A stretch of DNA of 64,000 bases, taken from contig CP070751.1 of assembly GCA_020348445.1 (NCBI GenBank), positions 4,588,960 to 4,652,959 of the forward strand, in the 5' to 3' direction. Under the pieces are notes generated by a model, which saw nothing but the letters and a program-made list of their open reading frames with translations, did not search any database and had not been told where the DNA came from. This stretch comes from Thermoplasmata archaeon. Its GTDB lineage: Archaea; Thermoplasmatota; Thermoplasmata; GCA-020350865. Each line of letters begins with the position of its first letter. Positions within the stretch are counted from its first letter, which is position 1. Shown here piece by piece: positions 1 to 10,437 of the stretch. Position numbers and translations under genes: made by a program.

Positions 1-7
1 ATAAAAC

Positions 8-979
8 CTACAAACTCCACCAACCCACATAATAGGTCAGTAAAAGTGCATTTCCCAGAACCAGAAGGAGGCTCAGGGATAGGATGGTCCAGTACACTCC
101 CTTAAATGTCATCTTCTTTAAAATCAAGGGGTATACAATGACCTGAGCCAAGGCAATGGGCCAAATTACCGTCACCAATTCCGTTGTTATAAGATAATTA
201 GTCAGGCCCATATAGATGATCAATAAATTCGCTATGGCTACAGATAGAGTTCCGAAAAAGAATGCAGTGTTTTTACCAAATCTCACGGCGAAAGTCATCT
301 CCCTTGCTTTCTTGTCGCTCTCGTAGTCTATTATGGTGGTGGGAATGTATATGGCGGCAACCCCGCTCATGGAGGTAAGACCCCATATCCATGGATATTC
401 CATAAAGGGTTTTACTACTATCCACCCTGCAATGGAACATAAAAGTCCACTTCCAAATGCATTGGTAATAACATCCAATCCCGCCCTGTTTTTCAACCTC
501 ACTGGCGGTGTGGAATAGGCAAGGGACAATATAATACAGAAAATCACCAAAAATCCGAATAATAATGAGACAAGAAATGAGAATACGAGCGCAAGGCTCA
601 TGAGTAGTAAGGAGGTCCATAAAACAGTTTTTGGCTTCAACAATCCCTGCGGCAATGGAAAAAGACCCTTTCTGCGACTCGTTGCGTCTATTTCACTATC
701 CCAGTAATCATTGTAAAGTAGAGTGAAACCTCCCAGAAACGGACCCAAGGCAAATAATCCGAAACCGAACAATAGGAACTCATTTACATTCGCGGATGTA
801 GAGGCCGTGCCTGTTAAAAGATCCAAGATGTATGTGGGAAATAATTTCTGGGTAGCAAAGACCCATGCCATGTAAAATGGTATTACAGAAACTCCCCAAA
901 ATATAGGCACCATGTGTTTCAGTAGATAGCGAAGAATTTTCATTGGTGATACTTCATATGACTTATCCTGAAGGAACAT
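8..979 (-). CDS. UbiA-family prenyltransferase
   Basis: Multi-TM protein with NDYWDSEID (NDxxDxxxD), YSTPPVRLK and IIDYESD Asp-rich motifs. Confidence 0.85.
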   Translation of the reverse strand: MFLQDKSYEVSPMKILRYLLKHMVPIFWGVSVIPFYMAWVFATQKLFPTYILDLLTGTASTSANVNEFLLFGFGLFALGPFLGGFTLLYNDYWDSEIDATSRRKGLFPLPQGLLKPKTVLWTSLLLMSLALVFSFLVSLLFGFLVIFCIILSLAYSTPPVRLKNRAGLDVITNAFGSGLLCSIAGWIVVKPFMEYPWIWGLTSMSGVAAIYIPTTIIDYESDKKAREMTFAVRFGKNTAFFFGTLSVAIANLLIIYMGLTNYLITTELVTVIWPIALAQVIVYPLILKKMTFKGVYWTILSLSLLLVLGNALLLTYYVGWWSL

Positions 980-998
980 ACCATCAGCTCAGGTGATG

Positions 999-2228
999 TT
1001 AAATGGATTTTGCCACGACATCTGCGATATCCATTACCTTCATTTTAAATTTTTCACCCTTTGCCTTGTACTCGTCCTTTTTTGCTTCCACACCAATGCT
1101 TATTTGAGCTTTACAGTTTGGACAGGAAGAAACAATTGTATTTGCCTCTAATTCTATCCCTTCGTCCACCTTTCTCGCCGTGATTTTTGTTGTCAATTCA
1201 TAATCAACAGCCTTTAAACCTCCCCCGCCACCACAGCATTCGCTGTTCATCCTGTTGTTTGGATAATCCAGTACCTCTTCAACTCCCGGAATGCTGTTGA
1301 GTATCCTTCGGGGCTCCTCAAAAATTCCCTTACCCTCAAGTTCTGAGATTCTACCCAGTTCACAAGGATCATGATATACTATGGGCAAGCTCTTCTTTTT
1401 AAAATCCTTGGAAAATTCCAGTTGGCCCTCCGTTATCATCCTGTCGATCATCTGAGTTGTGTGAAGGACCTCGAAGTTCGATTTACCAACATATTTCGAA
1501 TATTTTTTTAGGGCACGTAAACAACCAGGACATCCCGTTACCACAGTTCGTGCGCCTCTTTTTTCGAGTTGGCCAACATTATAGGTAGCAATTTCCTTGA
1601 AATTGTCAAATTGACCTGTCATCAGATTTATGGCACCGCAACACATCTCATCTGAACCTAGGGTAGTGAAATCAATCTTAGCTTTAGACATGATCTTTAA
1701 CATGTTCAACAACACTTGGTATTCGTAAAAGGATGTCATACAACCAGGAAAGAAAACAACCTCGGCCTTGGCAGGTAAATCGTAGTCGTCCTTGTACCAT
1801 TCATCTCTTTTGGCAGTGGGCTCCATGAAAGGATTCTTGAATTCCGGATTTTTGATATTCTCATACATGTCCTTTGCTGCAGTTGGAGGGCCATATCCGT
1901 TTTCCACCAGCCATTTTCTGGCATCCTCCCAAAACTCGTGGAACTTGATATCAACATGACATAAGGATTCACACCTACAGCACAAAGTACATGTGAACAG
2001 TTTTTGCATCCATTCATCAGTGATCTCGATTTTCCGACCAAGGAGTTTGTCCAAAAGACTCTTTGCAGAAAGTTGTTTCAGCCAATAAACTTTCCCCCTT
2101 GGAGTAAGGGATTCCCACCCTGTTTCCCTGTATACAGGACATATTGAACGACAGTAACCACACTGAAGACACGCGTATAAATCCTTTATGTTAGGTATCT
2201 TATTACCCATTACATCACTCCGCGGCAT
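999..2228 (-). CDS. (Fe-S)-binding CCG-domain protein (GlcF/HdrD-like)
   Basis: CLQCGYCRSICP and CTLCCRCESLC ferredoxin motifs, FFPGC, two CCG motifs, YHDPC; start may be ATG at 2210. Confidence 0.9.
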   Translation of the reverse strand: MPRSDVMGNKIPNIKDLYACLQCGYCRSICPVYRETGWESLTPRGKVYWLKQLSAKSLLDKLLGRKIEITDEWMQKLFTCTLCCRCESLCHVDIKFHEFWEDARKWLVENGYGPPTAAKDMYENIKNPEFKNPFMEPTAKRDEWYKDDYDLPAKAEVVFFPGCMTSFYEYQVLLNMLKIMSKAKIDFTTLGSDEMCCGAINLMTGQFDNFKEIATYNVGQLEKRGARTVVTGCPGCLRALKKYSKYVGKSNFEVLHTTQMIDRMITEGQLEFSKDFKKKSLPIVYHDPCELGRISELEGKGIFEEPRRILNSIPGVEEVLDYPNNRMNSECCGGGGGLKAVDYELTTKITARKVDEGIELEANTIVSSCPNCKAQISIGVEAKKDEYKAKGEKFKMKVMDIADVVAKSI

Positions 2229-3786
2229 GGGATTTTTCTTTCATTTTCAACTTTATCTTCATCCCAGGTAACCTTGCCATAGTTGCCATCATGTCCATAC
2301 CCATATTCATTCCAAATGCAGGAATGGGGATTCCAAATCGTGTCATGCCCTCAGTTAATTTTCCTGGATTGACAATATCATTTGGGTCCATTGCAGATTT
2401 TATATTTTTCATCACATCTGCACCGTGACCGTGCAATTTCTTGATATTTGCGGCAAAGAAAATACCTAATCCCACGGGCCGTCCCCCCAATTTAAAAGCC
2501 GCATCACCGATCTTTTTAGTAAATGACATGGTCATCATTGATCTGAGCTTCCTCTCATCTGTTAAGCAATAGGGCATGAAGGCCACTGTGTTTCTGTCTG
2601 AAATCATTCCAGTGACAGCAGCAGTAAGACCCATCTTTTTAATGATCCTTTGAGAGCGTTTTATCATTTCATGCAGTCTCGATACAGGGATTAGTGCCTC
2701 GCTCAACACAATGGTGGGGCCCAGTCTTTTTATCCGCATCTCAAAGAAGCGCTCTTCCCATTCGTGTTCTGAGAATTCTTTGCTCTGTTTTTCTCCATTG
2801 TGCCTTTGCATTATTCTGTCGCATATGGCCTCTTCAACATCCAATGAAGAGCTCGATCCTTCTAGAGCCAGATTCACCATTGCCGTAATCTCAGGGAGAT
2901 CCTTGCCCATATTTTTCAGGTAGATGAAGTGATTTTTGTCGAAGAATGATATGTGCAAAGGCAGAACATCTGAACGGGTAATTTCAAAAATTGCCTCACA
3001 CATGTCCTTTACACTTGGAAAGACATATGATACAGGGCGAATTTCTTCAGGAGAGGGATAGATTCTCAAAGTGATCCTTGTTATGATACCAAGGGTGCCC
3101 TCAGAACCTGCGAAAAAGGGGGTTAGATTGTCCATTCTAAGACTTGATTTTATTGAAGAGGTCCCAAAAGTAACAATTTCTCCTCTTGGCAGCACCATCT
3201 CCAGCGCCACAACCTGCCTATCCACACCCCCGTATTTGTACGATCCAACTCCAACCCCCCCAGTATTTATCCAGCCTCCAACTGTGGCTGCAGGGGCGCT
3301 GCTTGGATATGCACCGATGAGATATCCCTTTTTATGTAATTTATCTTTTAAATCATTCCAGGTGATTCCTGGCTCTACTGTAACAGTGAGGTTCTCTTCG
3401 TCGATTTTTATTATTTTGTTCATGGTGGTCATGTCCAAAAGGATTCCACCCAAAACAGGCACTGCTCCTCCCAAAGCCCATGATGCCCCTCCCCTGGGAA
3501 CCACAGGGATATCCTCTTTTATGGCAAGTTTTATTATCCTGGATACGTCAGATGCACTATTTGGCCTCACCACCACATCCGGTAGCATCTTGAATCCCAT
3601 TTCCATCATCTTAGGAAGAGGTGCGACATCATGGCTGTACAGCCGCCGCTCAATTACATCATCGCTGATATTTGACTCATCCACGATGCCTGCCAACAAT
3701 TCGTATAATTCGGAATGGGATTTTTTAGGGATCGTATCCCCGTTCTTTTTTTCTTCCCCTTTTTTGATTTCTGAATTTCCCTTCAT
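2215..3786 (-). CDS. FAD-binding oxidoreductase, GlcD/D-lactate dehydrogenase family
   Basis: PRGGA FAD loop, TVGGWINTGG, GSEGTLGIIT, DPNDIVNPGK. Confidence 0.9.
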   Translation of the reverse strand: MKGNSEIKKGEEKKNGDTIPKKSHSELYELLAGIVDESNISDDVIERRLYSHDVAPLPKMMEMGFKMLPDVVVRPNSASDVSRIIKLAIKEDIPVVPRGGASWALGGAVPVLGGILLDMTTMNKIIKIDEENLTVTVEPGITWNDLKDKLHKKGYLIGAYPSSAPAATVGGWINTGGVGVGSYKYGGVDRQVVALEMVLPRGEIVTFGTSSIKSSLRMDNLTPFFAGSEGTLGIITRITLRIYPSPEEIRPVSYVFPSVKDMCEAIFEITRSDVLPLHISFFDKNHFIYLKNMGKDLPEITAMVNLALEGSSSSLDVEEAICDRIMQRHNGEKQSKEFSEHEWEERFFEMRIKRLGPTIVLSEALIPVSRLHEMIKRSQRIIKKMGLTAAVTGMISDRNTVAFMPYCLTDERKLRSMMTMSFTKKIGDAAFKLGGRPVGLGIFFAANIKKLHGHGADVMKNIKSAMDPNDIVNPGKLTEGMTRFGIPIPAFGMNMGMDMMATMARLPGMKIKLKMKEKSHAAE

Positions 3787-3963
3787 AAATCGTCCTCAAA
3801 GCAATTTAATTCGAAATTGTGTATGTCTTTTTTAGCTAAGAAACGTTATAATAGTGAATATATATCCTTTGTGTTGTTACCGAAAGAGATTACACATTAT
3901 ATTTCATGGACTATCTAATATACTGAGCCAAGATTGAATAAATGAAAAGCTCGACGTTTAATC

Positions 3964-4392
3964 TCATTCTGTAGCGTTCCTTTTTTCCTCGATTTGCTGC
4001 TTCATCCAAGCTTCGAATTCTTTCCCCGTCTTCATCAGGCTATTCAGCTCATTAAGATCTTTTGGTTTGATCTTAACAACCCAACCCTCCTGATATGGAC
4101 TATCATTTATTAGGCTTGGCTCATCCTCTAGATCCTCGTTCACCTCTACTATCTCGCCAGAAATGGGGGAATACAACTTGCCTGTCCATTTTCCACTGCT
4201 TAGGGTACCCATGGGCTTTCCCTGCTGAACTTCATCACCCTCTTCAAGGGTTACAACTCTTTTGATGGTACCAGCCATTTTTTGTGTAAAGTCGGTTAGA
4301 CCCACCAGGACCATATCACCGTCTACCTTGGCATATGTATGCTCCACATGATAGTAGAGATCATCTGGCATTTCGTATTCATCAATTTTCAT
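3964..4392 (-). CDS. gcvH: GcvH-like lipoate-binding protein
   Basis: VGLTDFTQ, SSGKWTG lipoyl-Lys region, SPISGEIVEVN, INDSPYQEGW; GGAGG RBS; no gcvT/P nearby. Confidence 0.85.
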   Translation of the reverse strand: MKIDEYEMPDDLYYHVEHTYAKVDGDMVLVGLTDFTQKMAGTIKRVVTLEEGDEVQQGKPMGTLSSGKWTGKLYSPISGEIVEVNEDLEDEPSLINDSPYQEGWVVKIKPKDLNELNSLMKTGKEFEAWMKQQIEEKRNATE

Positions 4393-4628
4393 CTTCGTTC
4401 CTCCAATGAAATCTTGGTCAATTCATGCTTTATTTATCTTAACTGCATATCTTGGCAGTCAACCCCCCATGGCGAATGCCCAATATAATGTTTGCGATAT
4501 TCGTCAGGGTAATTGCTAAAAACAGCGTGGGATATATGAGATACCAGATATCTAGCTTCTTCTCGAAATATGCGTTTTGATGCCAAAAATACAGATTGGA
4601 GCAATTTCAACCAGATATATCATAAAGA

Positions 4629-5687
4629 TTATTCAACTGCGAGCTTCTGTAACTTTCTTACATATTTTTCAGCTCTGTCTGGGGTGGACAGCACATTTTC
4701 TATGAAATCCACTTCCCTTAAGGAGCTCAAACCATTCTCTTTTAGGGCCCCCTCGTATAACTTTCCGAGAAAATTTCCACTATATCTTTCATTCTTCAAG
4801 GCCTGGTGTATGACCCCAGCTGCTATCCTTCCACTTTTGATGGCATAATAAATACCCTCCCCGGTTCCTGGAAATACGAATCCACCCGCGTCACCCACAA
4901 GTAAAGTGCGATCATTTGCATGTGTGTGAATAGGGCCACCCATGGGAATGAGGTGTGCCTCCATTTTTTGTATGGACCCGCCTTCTATCTTTTCCTTTAC
5001 TAATTCATGCTTCATGAACTTATTTAAGACTGATTTTACATTCTTTTTAAACTCATTTGATGTACCTCCCACCCCTACCTTTATTGATGCCCTTTGCGGA
5101 CTGATCCAACCGTAGCCATATGGAATCGAATAGTATACCTCAAACCAATTACCAATTAATCTATCGATCTTTTCTTTCGGAAGTGAAATTACGAACTGGG
5201 CGGCAGTTGCTTTTGGATAAGGTTCAGAGGGGAAATCAAAGCATTTTTTATTGACAATGGAATTCACACCATCGGCTCCAACCACGAGTTTAGATTTGTA
5301 GGTTTCTTTTTCTCCGTGTACCTCTACAAAATCATCTTTTATTTTAAAATCCAGAATCCTTTCATGCTTTACTTCATTATTTAACCTATTTACAAGAAAT
5401 CGATCAAGTTTGTACCTACTGACAATAGCACCTTTGTTTGAAAAGTCGGATTCGACCATAAAACCAGTGGGGGAATATATCCTATAACCCTCAAGCCTTC
5501 TTTCAATAAGCTCCTCGGGAAGATCCATCTCAGAATGAATCCTGGGAGGAAGAACACCGGCACATGGTTTATCCCTTGGAAACTTTTCCTTATCTATGAT
5601 TACTATCTCATGATCCTCTTTTTCAAGACCATAAGCAACAGATGATCCTGCAGGTCCTGCTCCAACTATCGCAACATCGAATATCAA
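4629..5687 (-). CDS. Geranylgeranyl-reductase-family FAD oxidoreductase (possibly LipT-like)
   Basis: GAGPAG, DKPCAG, GADG, GDAGGFVFPGTGEGIYYA motifs; lies between gcvH-like and radical SAM genes. Confidence 0.8.
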   Translation of the reverse strand: MIFDVAIVGAGPAGSSVAYGLEKEDHEIVIIDKEKFPRDKPCAGVLPPRIHSEMDLPEELIERRLEGYRIYSPTGFMVESDFSNKGAIVSRYKLDRFLVNRLNNEVKHERILDFKIKDDFVEVHGEKETYKSKLVVGADGVNSIVNKKCFDFPSEPYPKATAAQFVISLPKEKIDRLIGNWFEVYYSIPYGYGWISPQRASIKVGVGGTSNEFKKNVKSVLNKFMKHELVKEKIEGGSIQKMEAHLIPMGGPIHTHANDRTLLVGDAGGFVFPGTGEGIYYAIKSGRIAAGVIHQALKNERYSGNFLGKLYEGALKENGLSSLREVDFIENVLSTPDRAEKYVRKLQKLAVE

Positions 5688-5812
5688 TTGTACATCACCG
5701 AACTGAAAGAAGGTAAGGGTAATTCGAATTTAAGGATTTTCTATCACCAAAGCAAATTATAAAATATTCAACACCATATCCTGCTCATCTTAGAAAAGTA
5801 TGGTGAAGGAAA

Positions 5813-6787
5813 TTGGATAAAATTTCAAAAACAATAAATAAATTACGCTCCCAGGATCTAGATGACCTGGTAGAACAGGCTTGGGAAATCAGAAATAGAA
5901 ATTTTCCACGGGTGCTTAATGTTTCAGTACCCAGTGCCAAGACTTATATTACTGATCACTACCAGAATAAACAGAATATCTTTGTGAATATCAGCATCAC
6001 AGGAAACATTTGCGAGTTAAATTGCGAGCATTGTAAAAGAAAACTTCTTCAATCCATGATCCCGGCAAAAACCCCTTTGGAACTTAAAGAGGTGGGAGAA
6101 TCCTTGGTAGAAAAAGGATGCCATGGAGTTCTTGTTTCCGGGGGTGCAATGTCCGATGGGATGGTTTCTCTTGACAATTACATTGATTCAATAAGATATC
6201 TAAAAGAAATCGGATTGCAGGTTATTGTTCATACAGGTCTTGTCAACCAGACTATTGCTTCCAAATTGAAAGAGGTGGGTGTCGATCAGGTTCTAATCGA
6301 TATTATCGGTGATAAGGAAACAATAAAAGATGTATATCATCTTGATAAGACTCCCGAGGATTTTGAAAAATCCCTGAGAATTTTGAAGGGCGTTGGTTTG
6401 GAGATAGCACCTCATATAGTAATAGGTCTTAATTACGGCAAGATCTCAGGGGAATACAATGCACTTCATCTAATATCTGAAGTGAGTCCAGAGGTGATAG
6501 TCCTTGTGGTAATATCACCCATGCATGGGACACCAATGCACGGTTTGAAAACACCTTCTCCAGATAATATCGCAAGAATTGCAGCCATTGCACGGATTAT
6601 CAATCCAAATACCAAGGTTACATCGGGCTGTGCTAGACCTCCAGGACCCCAAAAGATAGAAACCGAAAAGCTACTTATCAAAGCTGGTGTCAACTCCATG
6701 GCTTACCCTACAGATGAGGCCGTTGATTATGCACACAACCTTGGATTAAAGACGATTTTCAAGGAAGAATGCTGCTCTTTATTGTGA
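5813..6787 (+). CDS. Radical SAM protein of the archaeal LipS1/LipS2 lipoyl synthase type (motifs fit LipS1)
   Basis: CELNCEHC (Cx3Cx2C), SGCAR and C-terminal CC motif; context with GcvH-like gene. Confidence 0.7.
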   Translation: MDKISKTINKLRSQDLDDLVEQAWEIRNRNFPRVLNVSVPSAKTYITDHYQNKQNIFVNISITGNICELNCEHCKRKLLQSMIPAKTPLELKEVGESLVEKGCHGVLVSGGAMSDGMVSLDNYIDSIRYLKEIGLQVIVHTGLVNQTIASKLKEVGVDQVLIDIIGDKETIKDVYHLDKTPEDFEKSLRILKGVGLEIAPHIVIGLNYGKISGEYNALHLISEVSPEVIVLVVISPMHGTPMHGLKTPSPDNIARIAAIARIINPNTKVTSGCARPPGPQKIETEKLLIKAGVNSMAYPTDEAVDYAHNLGLKTIFKEECCSLL

Positions 6788-6964
6788 TTTATATTTATTA
6801 TTAAGGTCATGCAATATCACATATTACCCTTAATAAAGAGATAAATCAAGGGGAAAATCAAGCTCAATAATATATAAAATATTAGTACAGCAAAAGGTTA
6901 ATACTACATCAAAATAATCCCGGTCGAATCCTACAAGCCATTGTCGGGAAATGGTGACTGAAAG

Positions 6965-9604
6965 ATGATATTCGTTGAAGCATTGTTTGTATTCGTCATA
7001 ATTGCTCTTATATGGCTCCTTATCACTGCCCTTATTTTTAAAAAGCTCAACAAAGCCCGGATTAAAGGTGTGGTTCTTATTTTCCTAGCGTTTATCGCTG
7101 TTGCTATAATGATCTTAATTGTGGGCCATTTTTTAGAATATCACGAACAAAACGAATTCTGTGGTGAGTTTTGTCATGCAATGGAGCCTCAGTATAATAG
7201 TTATACTCAGCCTAAAAACAACTCATATATGGAGACACATTACAGAAAAAATGTTACATGTGCACAATGTCATACAGGACCAGGGTTCGCAGGACAGATA
7301 GATTCATATCTTGCTGTTCCCAATGAAATGTGGGGAGAGTACATTGCAGGATACGATCCCGATGATATGGGAGGCCATGTCCCATCAGAAAATTGCCTCA
7401 AAGGCTGCCATGAAGAGGCAGAGGTCGATTGGAAGTTCCAGGGGCCCATGCCCAGGGGTGAGGGTTATTTCGAAGTTGACGGAGAAGGCGGGTGGCTTCT
7501 TAGGGAGATATACCACCCTTACACCGAAAACGGCACCAACCTAAAAGAACTGAGGGAAATTGAGGTATGTCAGGACTGTCACGATGCCAGGGACAACAGT
7601 TTCGGCTTTACAGCCGAGGCCTGCCCCCTATGTCATGACGTGGAGCCTGAAGAGCTCGAGCATCATGGTGAATCCACGTGTGACATGGCAGTTTGCCATA
7701 GGGATGAAGCAGGTAATCCCGTTCAGCCCAAGCTTACCGGTCACAATACTGTTGAGGACCACTGCATGGTCTGTCACTCCAGAGATCATCCCGATGACGC
7801 ATTCGTGCCTTATGCAGATGTCATAACCAACTCAAAGGACGTAACCCTTGAAGTGAACAGTAGTTTTTGCAATGCCTGTCACCATGAAGTGTATGAGGAA
7901 GTACGCACCATAAATTCAAAACACTATACTGAAAATGATTGCAAAGACTGCCATCTCGAGCATAACACGAGGCCTGATTGCCTGCTCTGTCATGAGCAGG
8001 GGGGTGAATCGGGACCCGAGCATACTGTAACCTCCCCATTTAACGATTGTTCAGAATGCCATATTGAAGGGGGGCATAATCCAACCATAATTAGAATACA
8101 GGTCCAAAGACCTGACATGGACAGTCGTAACCTTTCAAAATACTTCTGTAACTCATGCCACAAAGAAGAAGTTTATGACAATTTCGTTTCCGGGACCCTT
8201 CACAGCAGGGAGGATTTTACAGAGAATTGTTTGGCATGTCACAATGAGCATGATGGAGCAGATGTTGATTGCCTTGAATGTCATAAAAGTGGTGGTTTTG
8301 GAGGACTGGCTGATACGCCAGAACATATTATCGCGACACCCTATGATCTTTGTTTGGATTGTCATACCCAAGGACATATACCCGATATGGTCAATTTCAC
8401 CTTCTATAAAGATACCTATGGTACACCAATTGAAGATGATTTCTGCGCGGACTGTCATGCTTCTCAGAAAGCGCAGCTGACAGATTATGGTGCAAATCAT
8501 GAATCCCAGGATTGTTATTCCTGTCATGAAACACACGCGGATGACGATGTTGATTGCCTCTCGTGTCACCGTGCAGGAGGTGTCGCCCCGGAACCTTCTC
8601 ATAACATAGAAAATCAGTATGAGGAGTGCCTTTCATGCCATGAGTCAGGTCATGCACCCTTAAATGTCACTTTTGGTGTTTCTTCCATAGGTAATGATTT
8701 TTGTGCTGATGCATCTTGTCATGGTGGCATAGATGGAATAGTCAATCAATTCCAGAATTATGGGAGTCGCCATCAGGAACTCTACCCCGGATGTACTGAT
8801 AATTGCCATAACTCCCATTCTGTGGATAAGACCTGCAAGGAAGTGTTATGTCATTCAAGCCGACCATCAGGACATGCAATCGATTATTCGGTGGATGAAT
8901 GCCTACAATGCCATGATTCAGCCCATGGACCTGCAAAGTTAGCATCAAGACCCGGTCATTCCCTATCCCAAAGAAACTATATGAGTTCCTATTTTACCCT
9001 TGACCCAAACAATATGACCAATTCATTTTCATGGACCGAGAGGGGTAATCATTCAGTATACAGTAATTGCTTTACCTGTCATTCTGACGCAGAGACCCCC
9101 ATATATCCTGCTGGTGCTCAAATCCTGATGAATGTCAACAGCACAAATTGTGCTGGAGGAAGTTGTCATTCCTGGATCAATCCCATAAGCACAGGTGTTC
9201 CCTATGACCTTTTTAACTCGGCAACTGAATGGGTGAATCACACAAAAATCTTCGATAATGCTACCTATGGAGGGTGTGCAGGGAAGTGCCATCAGAAGGA
9301 TGTAACCAATCCTGTGTACGACGGCTCAGGGCATGGGATTATCACCAGCTGCCTCACCGAAGACTGTCATGGTTCAGGATTTCCCGGCAATATTCATACT
9401 GATCATATGAACCACGTAGATGGTTTTACAGCAATTACTGGTGTAGGTTGTGAGGATGTTTGTCACGAGTTGGACCCACAATCAGAGGGGGCACCTATTA
9501 ACGGGGGATGCTACGATTGCCATAAAAGCGGTCACAATCCCAGTATAATGGATATCTCACCATGTTATAACTGTCACGCCAGTAACCAATCCAATCAAGA
9601 TTGA
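6965..9604 (+). CDS. Large membrane-anchored multihaem cytochrome c with NapC/NirT-like N-terminus
   Basis: Two N-terminal TM helices; counted 20 CxxCH + 5 Cx3CH + 5 Cx4CH motifs. Confidence 0.92.
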   Translation: MIFVEALFVFVIIALIWLLITALIFKKLNKARIKGVVLIFLAFIAVAIMILIVGHFLEYHEQNEFCGEFCHAMEPQYNSYTQPKNNSYMETHYRKNVTCAQCHTGPGFAGQIDSYLAVPNEMWGEYIAGYDPDDMGGHVPSENCLKGCHEEAEVDWKFQGPMPRGEGYFEVDGEGGWLLREIYHPYTENGTNLKELREIEVCQDCHDARDNSFGFTAEACPLCHDVEPEELEHHGESTCDMAVCHRDEAGNPVQPKLTGHNTVEDHCMVCHSRDHPDDAFVPYADVITNSKDVTLEVNSSFCNACHHEVYEEVRTINSKHYTENDCKDCHLEHNTRPDCLLCHEQGGESGPEHTVTSPFNDCSECHIEGGHNPTIIRIQVQRPDMDSRNLSKYFCNSCHKEEVYDNFVSGTLHSREDFTENCLACHNEHDGADVDCLECHKSGGFGGLADTPEHIIATPYDLCLDCHTQGHIPDMVNFTFYKDTYGTPIEDDFCADCHASQKAQLTDYGANHESQDCYSCHETHADDDVDCLSCHRAGGVAPEPSHNIENQYEECLSCHESGHAPLNVTFGVSSIGNDFCADASCHGGIDGIVNQFQNYGSRHQELYPGCTDNCHNSHSVDKTCKEVLCHSSRPSGHAIDYSVDECLQCHDSAHGPAKLASRPGHSLSQRNYMSSYFTLDPNNMTNSFSWTERGNHSVYSNCFTCHSDAETPIYPAGAQILMNVNSTNCAGGSCHSWINPISTGVPYDLFNSATEWVNHTKIFDNATYGGCAGKCHQKDVTNPVYDGSGHGIITSCLTEDCHGSGFPGNIHTDHMNHVDGFTAITGVGCEDVCHELDPQSEGAPINGGCYDCHKSGHNPSIMDISPCYNCHASNQSNQD

Positions 9605-9630
9605 ATTAAAGATATGAGTGTGAATTGATA

Positions 9631-10428
9631 ATGAGTTCAGAATCCGAAATCAGAAGGTACGGAAAAGTCGTTGTACTTGAGCACTGGCTGGGTATCCTTA
9701 TAATATTCTCTCTAATAATCACAGGATTGTTTCTGGTTAGGGATTGGTTTGTTCATGAATTTCACATATATGGTGCAGAAAATTATGTTCCCACCCCTGG
9801 TTTTGCAGATTCACTTCATCTCTATGCCGCTTTGGGAATTCTAATTCTAGGAGCAATACATCTGATAGCACACGGGGGCCAGAAGGAGAAACCGATTCTA
9901 CCGAAAAATAGTATGAAGGAACTCAAAGCGGGATTGTATTCTTTGATGTATCTTGTCTTCTTGACAAAAAAGCAGGAGAGAGGTAGCGGAGAGAAATATC
10001 TAAAGAGCCAAAGAATTATCTATGCATTTACAATTTATGTCCTGGGGCTTGCCGCGATTACTGGTTTTTTATACTCAATGGGCCTTCTTGGTGACCATAT
10101 GCAAATTGCACATGTCACGGCCGGTGTTCTTGTGATTCTTATCGCGGTGCATCGTACTGCTCTGATCATTAGAAAAAGGGATAAGATTGCCTTACGAAGC
10201 GTACTTGCCACAGGAACCATGCCTGAATGGTACGTCAAGAAGAATCATAGGGCATGGTACGAGGAGATTGTAGGAAGAAAAGCCTCTGACTTTAAAGATA
10301 TTGAAAAAACCAAACCCAAGGGCCAAAAACCTATTGAAGCTAAAGAAATAAAAGAAGCCCAGTGTGTATTTGAGGATGGACAAGACAAACAGGAGGTTAA
10401 TGATAAAAAACCTGCACCTCAGTCCTGA
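9631..10428 (+). CDS. Cytochrome b subunit (FdnI/HyaC-like, b/b6 domain)
   Basis: Four TM helices with His at haem-b ligand positions (EHW, LHL, IHL, AHV, VHR); directly follows the multihaem gene. Confidence 0.75.
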   Translation: MSSESEIRRYGKVVVLEHWLGILIIFSLIITGLFLVRDWFVHEFHIYGAENYVPTPGFADSLHLYAALGILILGAIHLIAHGGQKEKPILPKNSMKELKAGLYSLMYLVFLTKKQERGSGEKYLKSQRIIYAFTIYVLGLAAITGFLYSMGLLGDHMQIAHVTAGVLVILIAVHRTALIIRKRDKIALRSVLATGTMPEWYVKKNHRAWYEEIVGRKASDFKDIEKTKPKGQKPIEAKEIKEAQCVFEDGQDKQEVNDKKPAPQS

Positions 10429-10437
10429 ATATAATTC

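Noticed and set aside
3071-3835. 254-aa plus-strand ORF
   Set aside because: Antisense to a well-supported FAD oxidoreductase; no independent motifs
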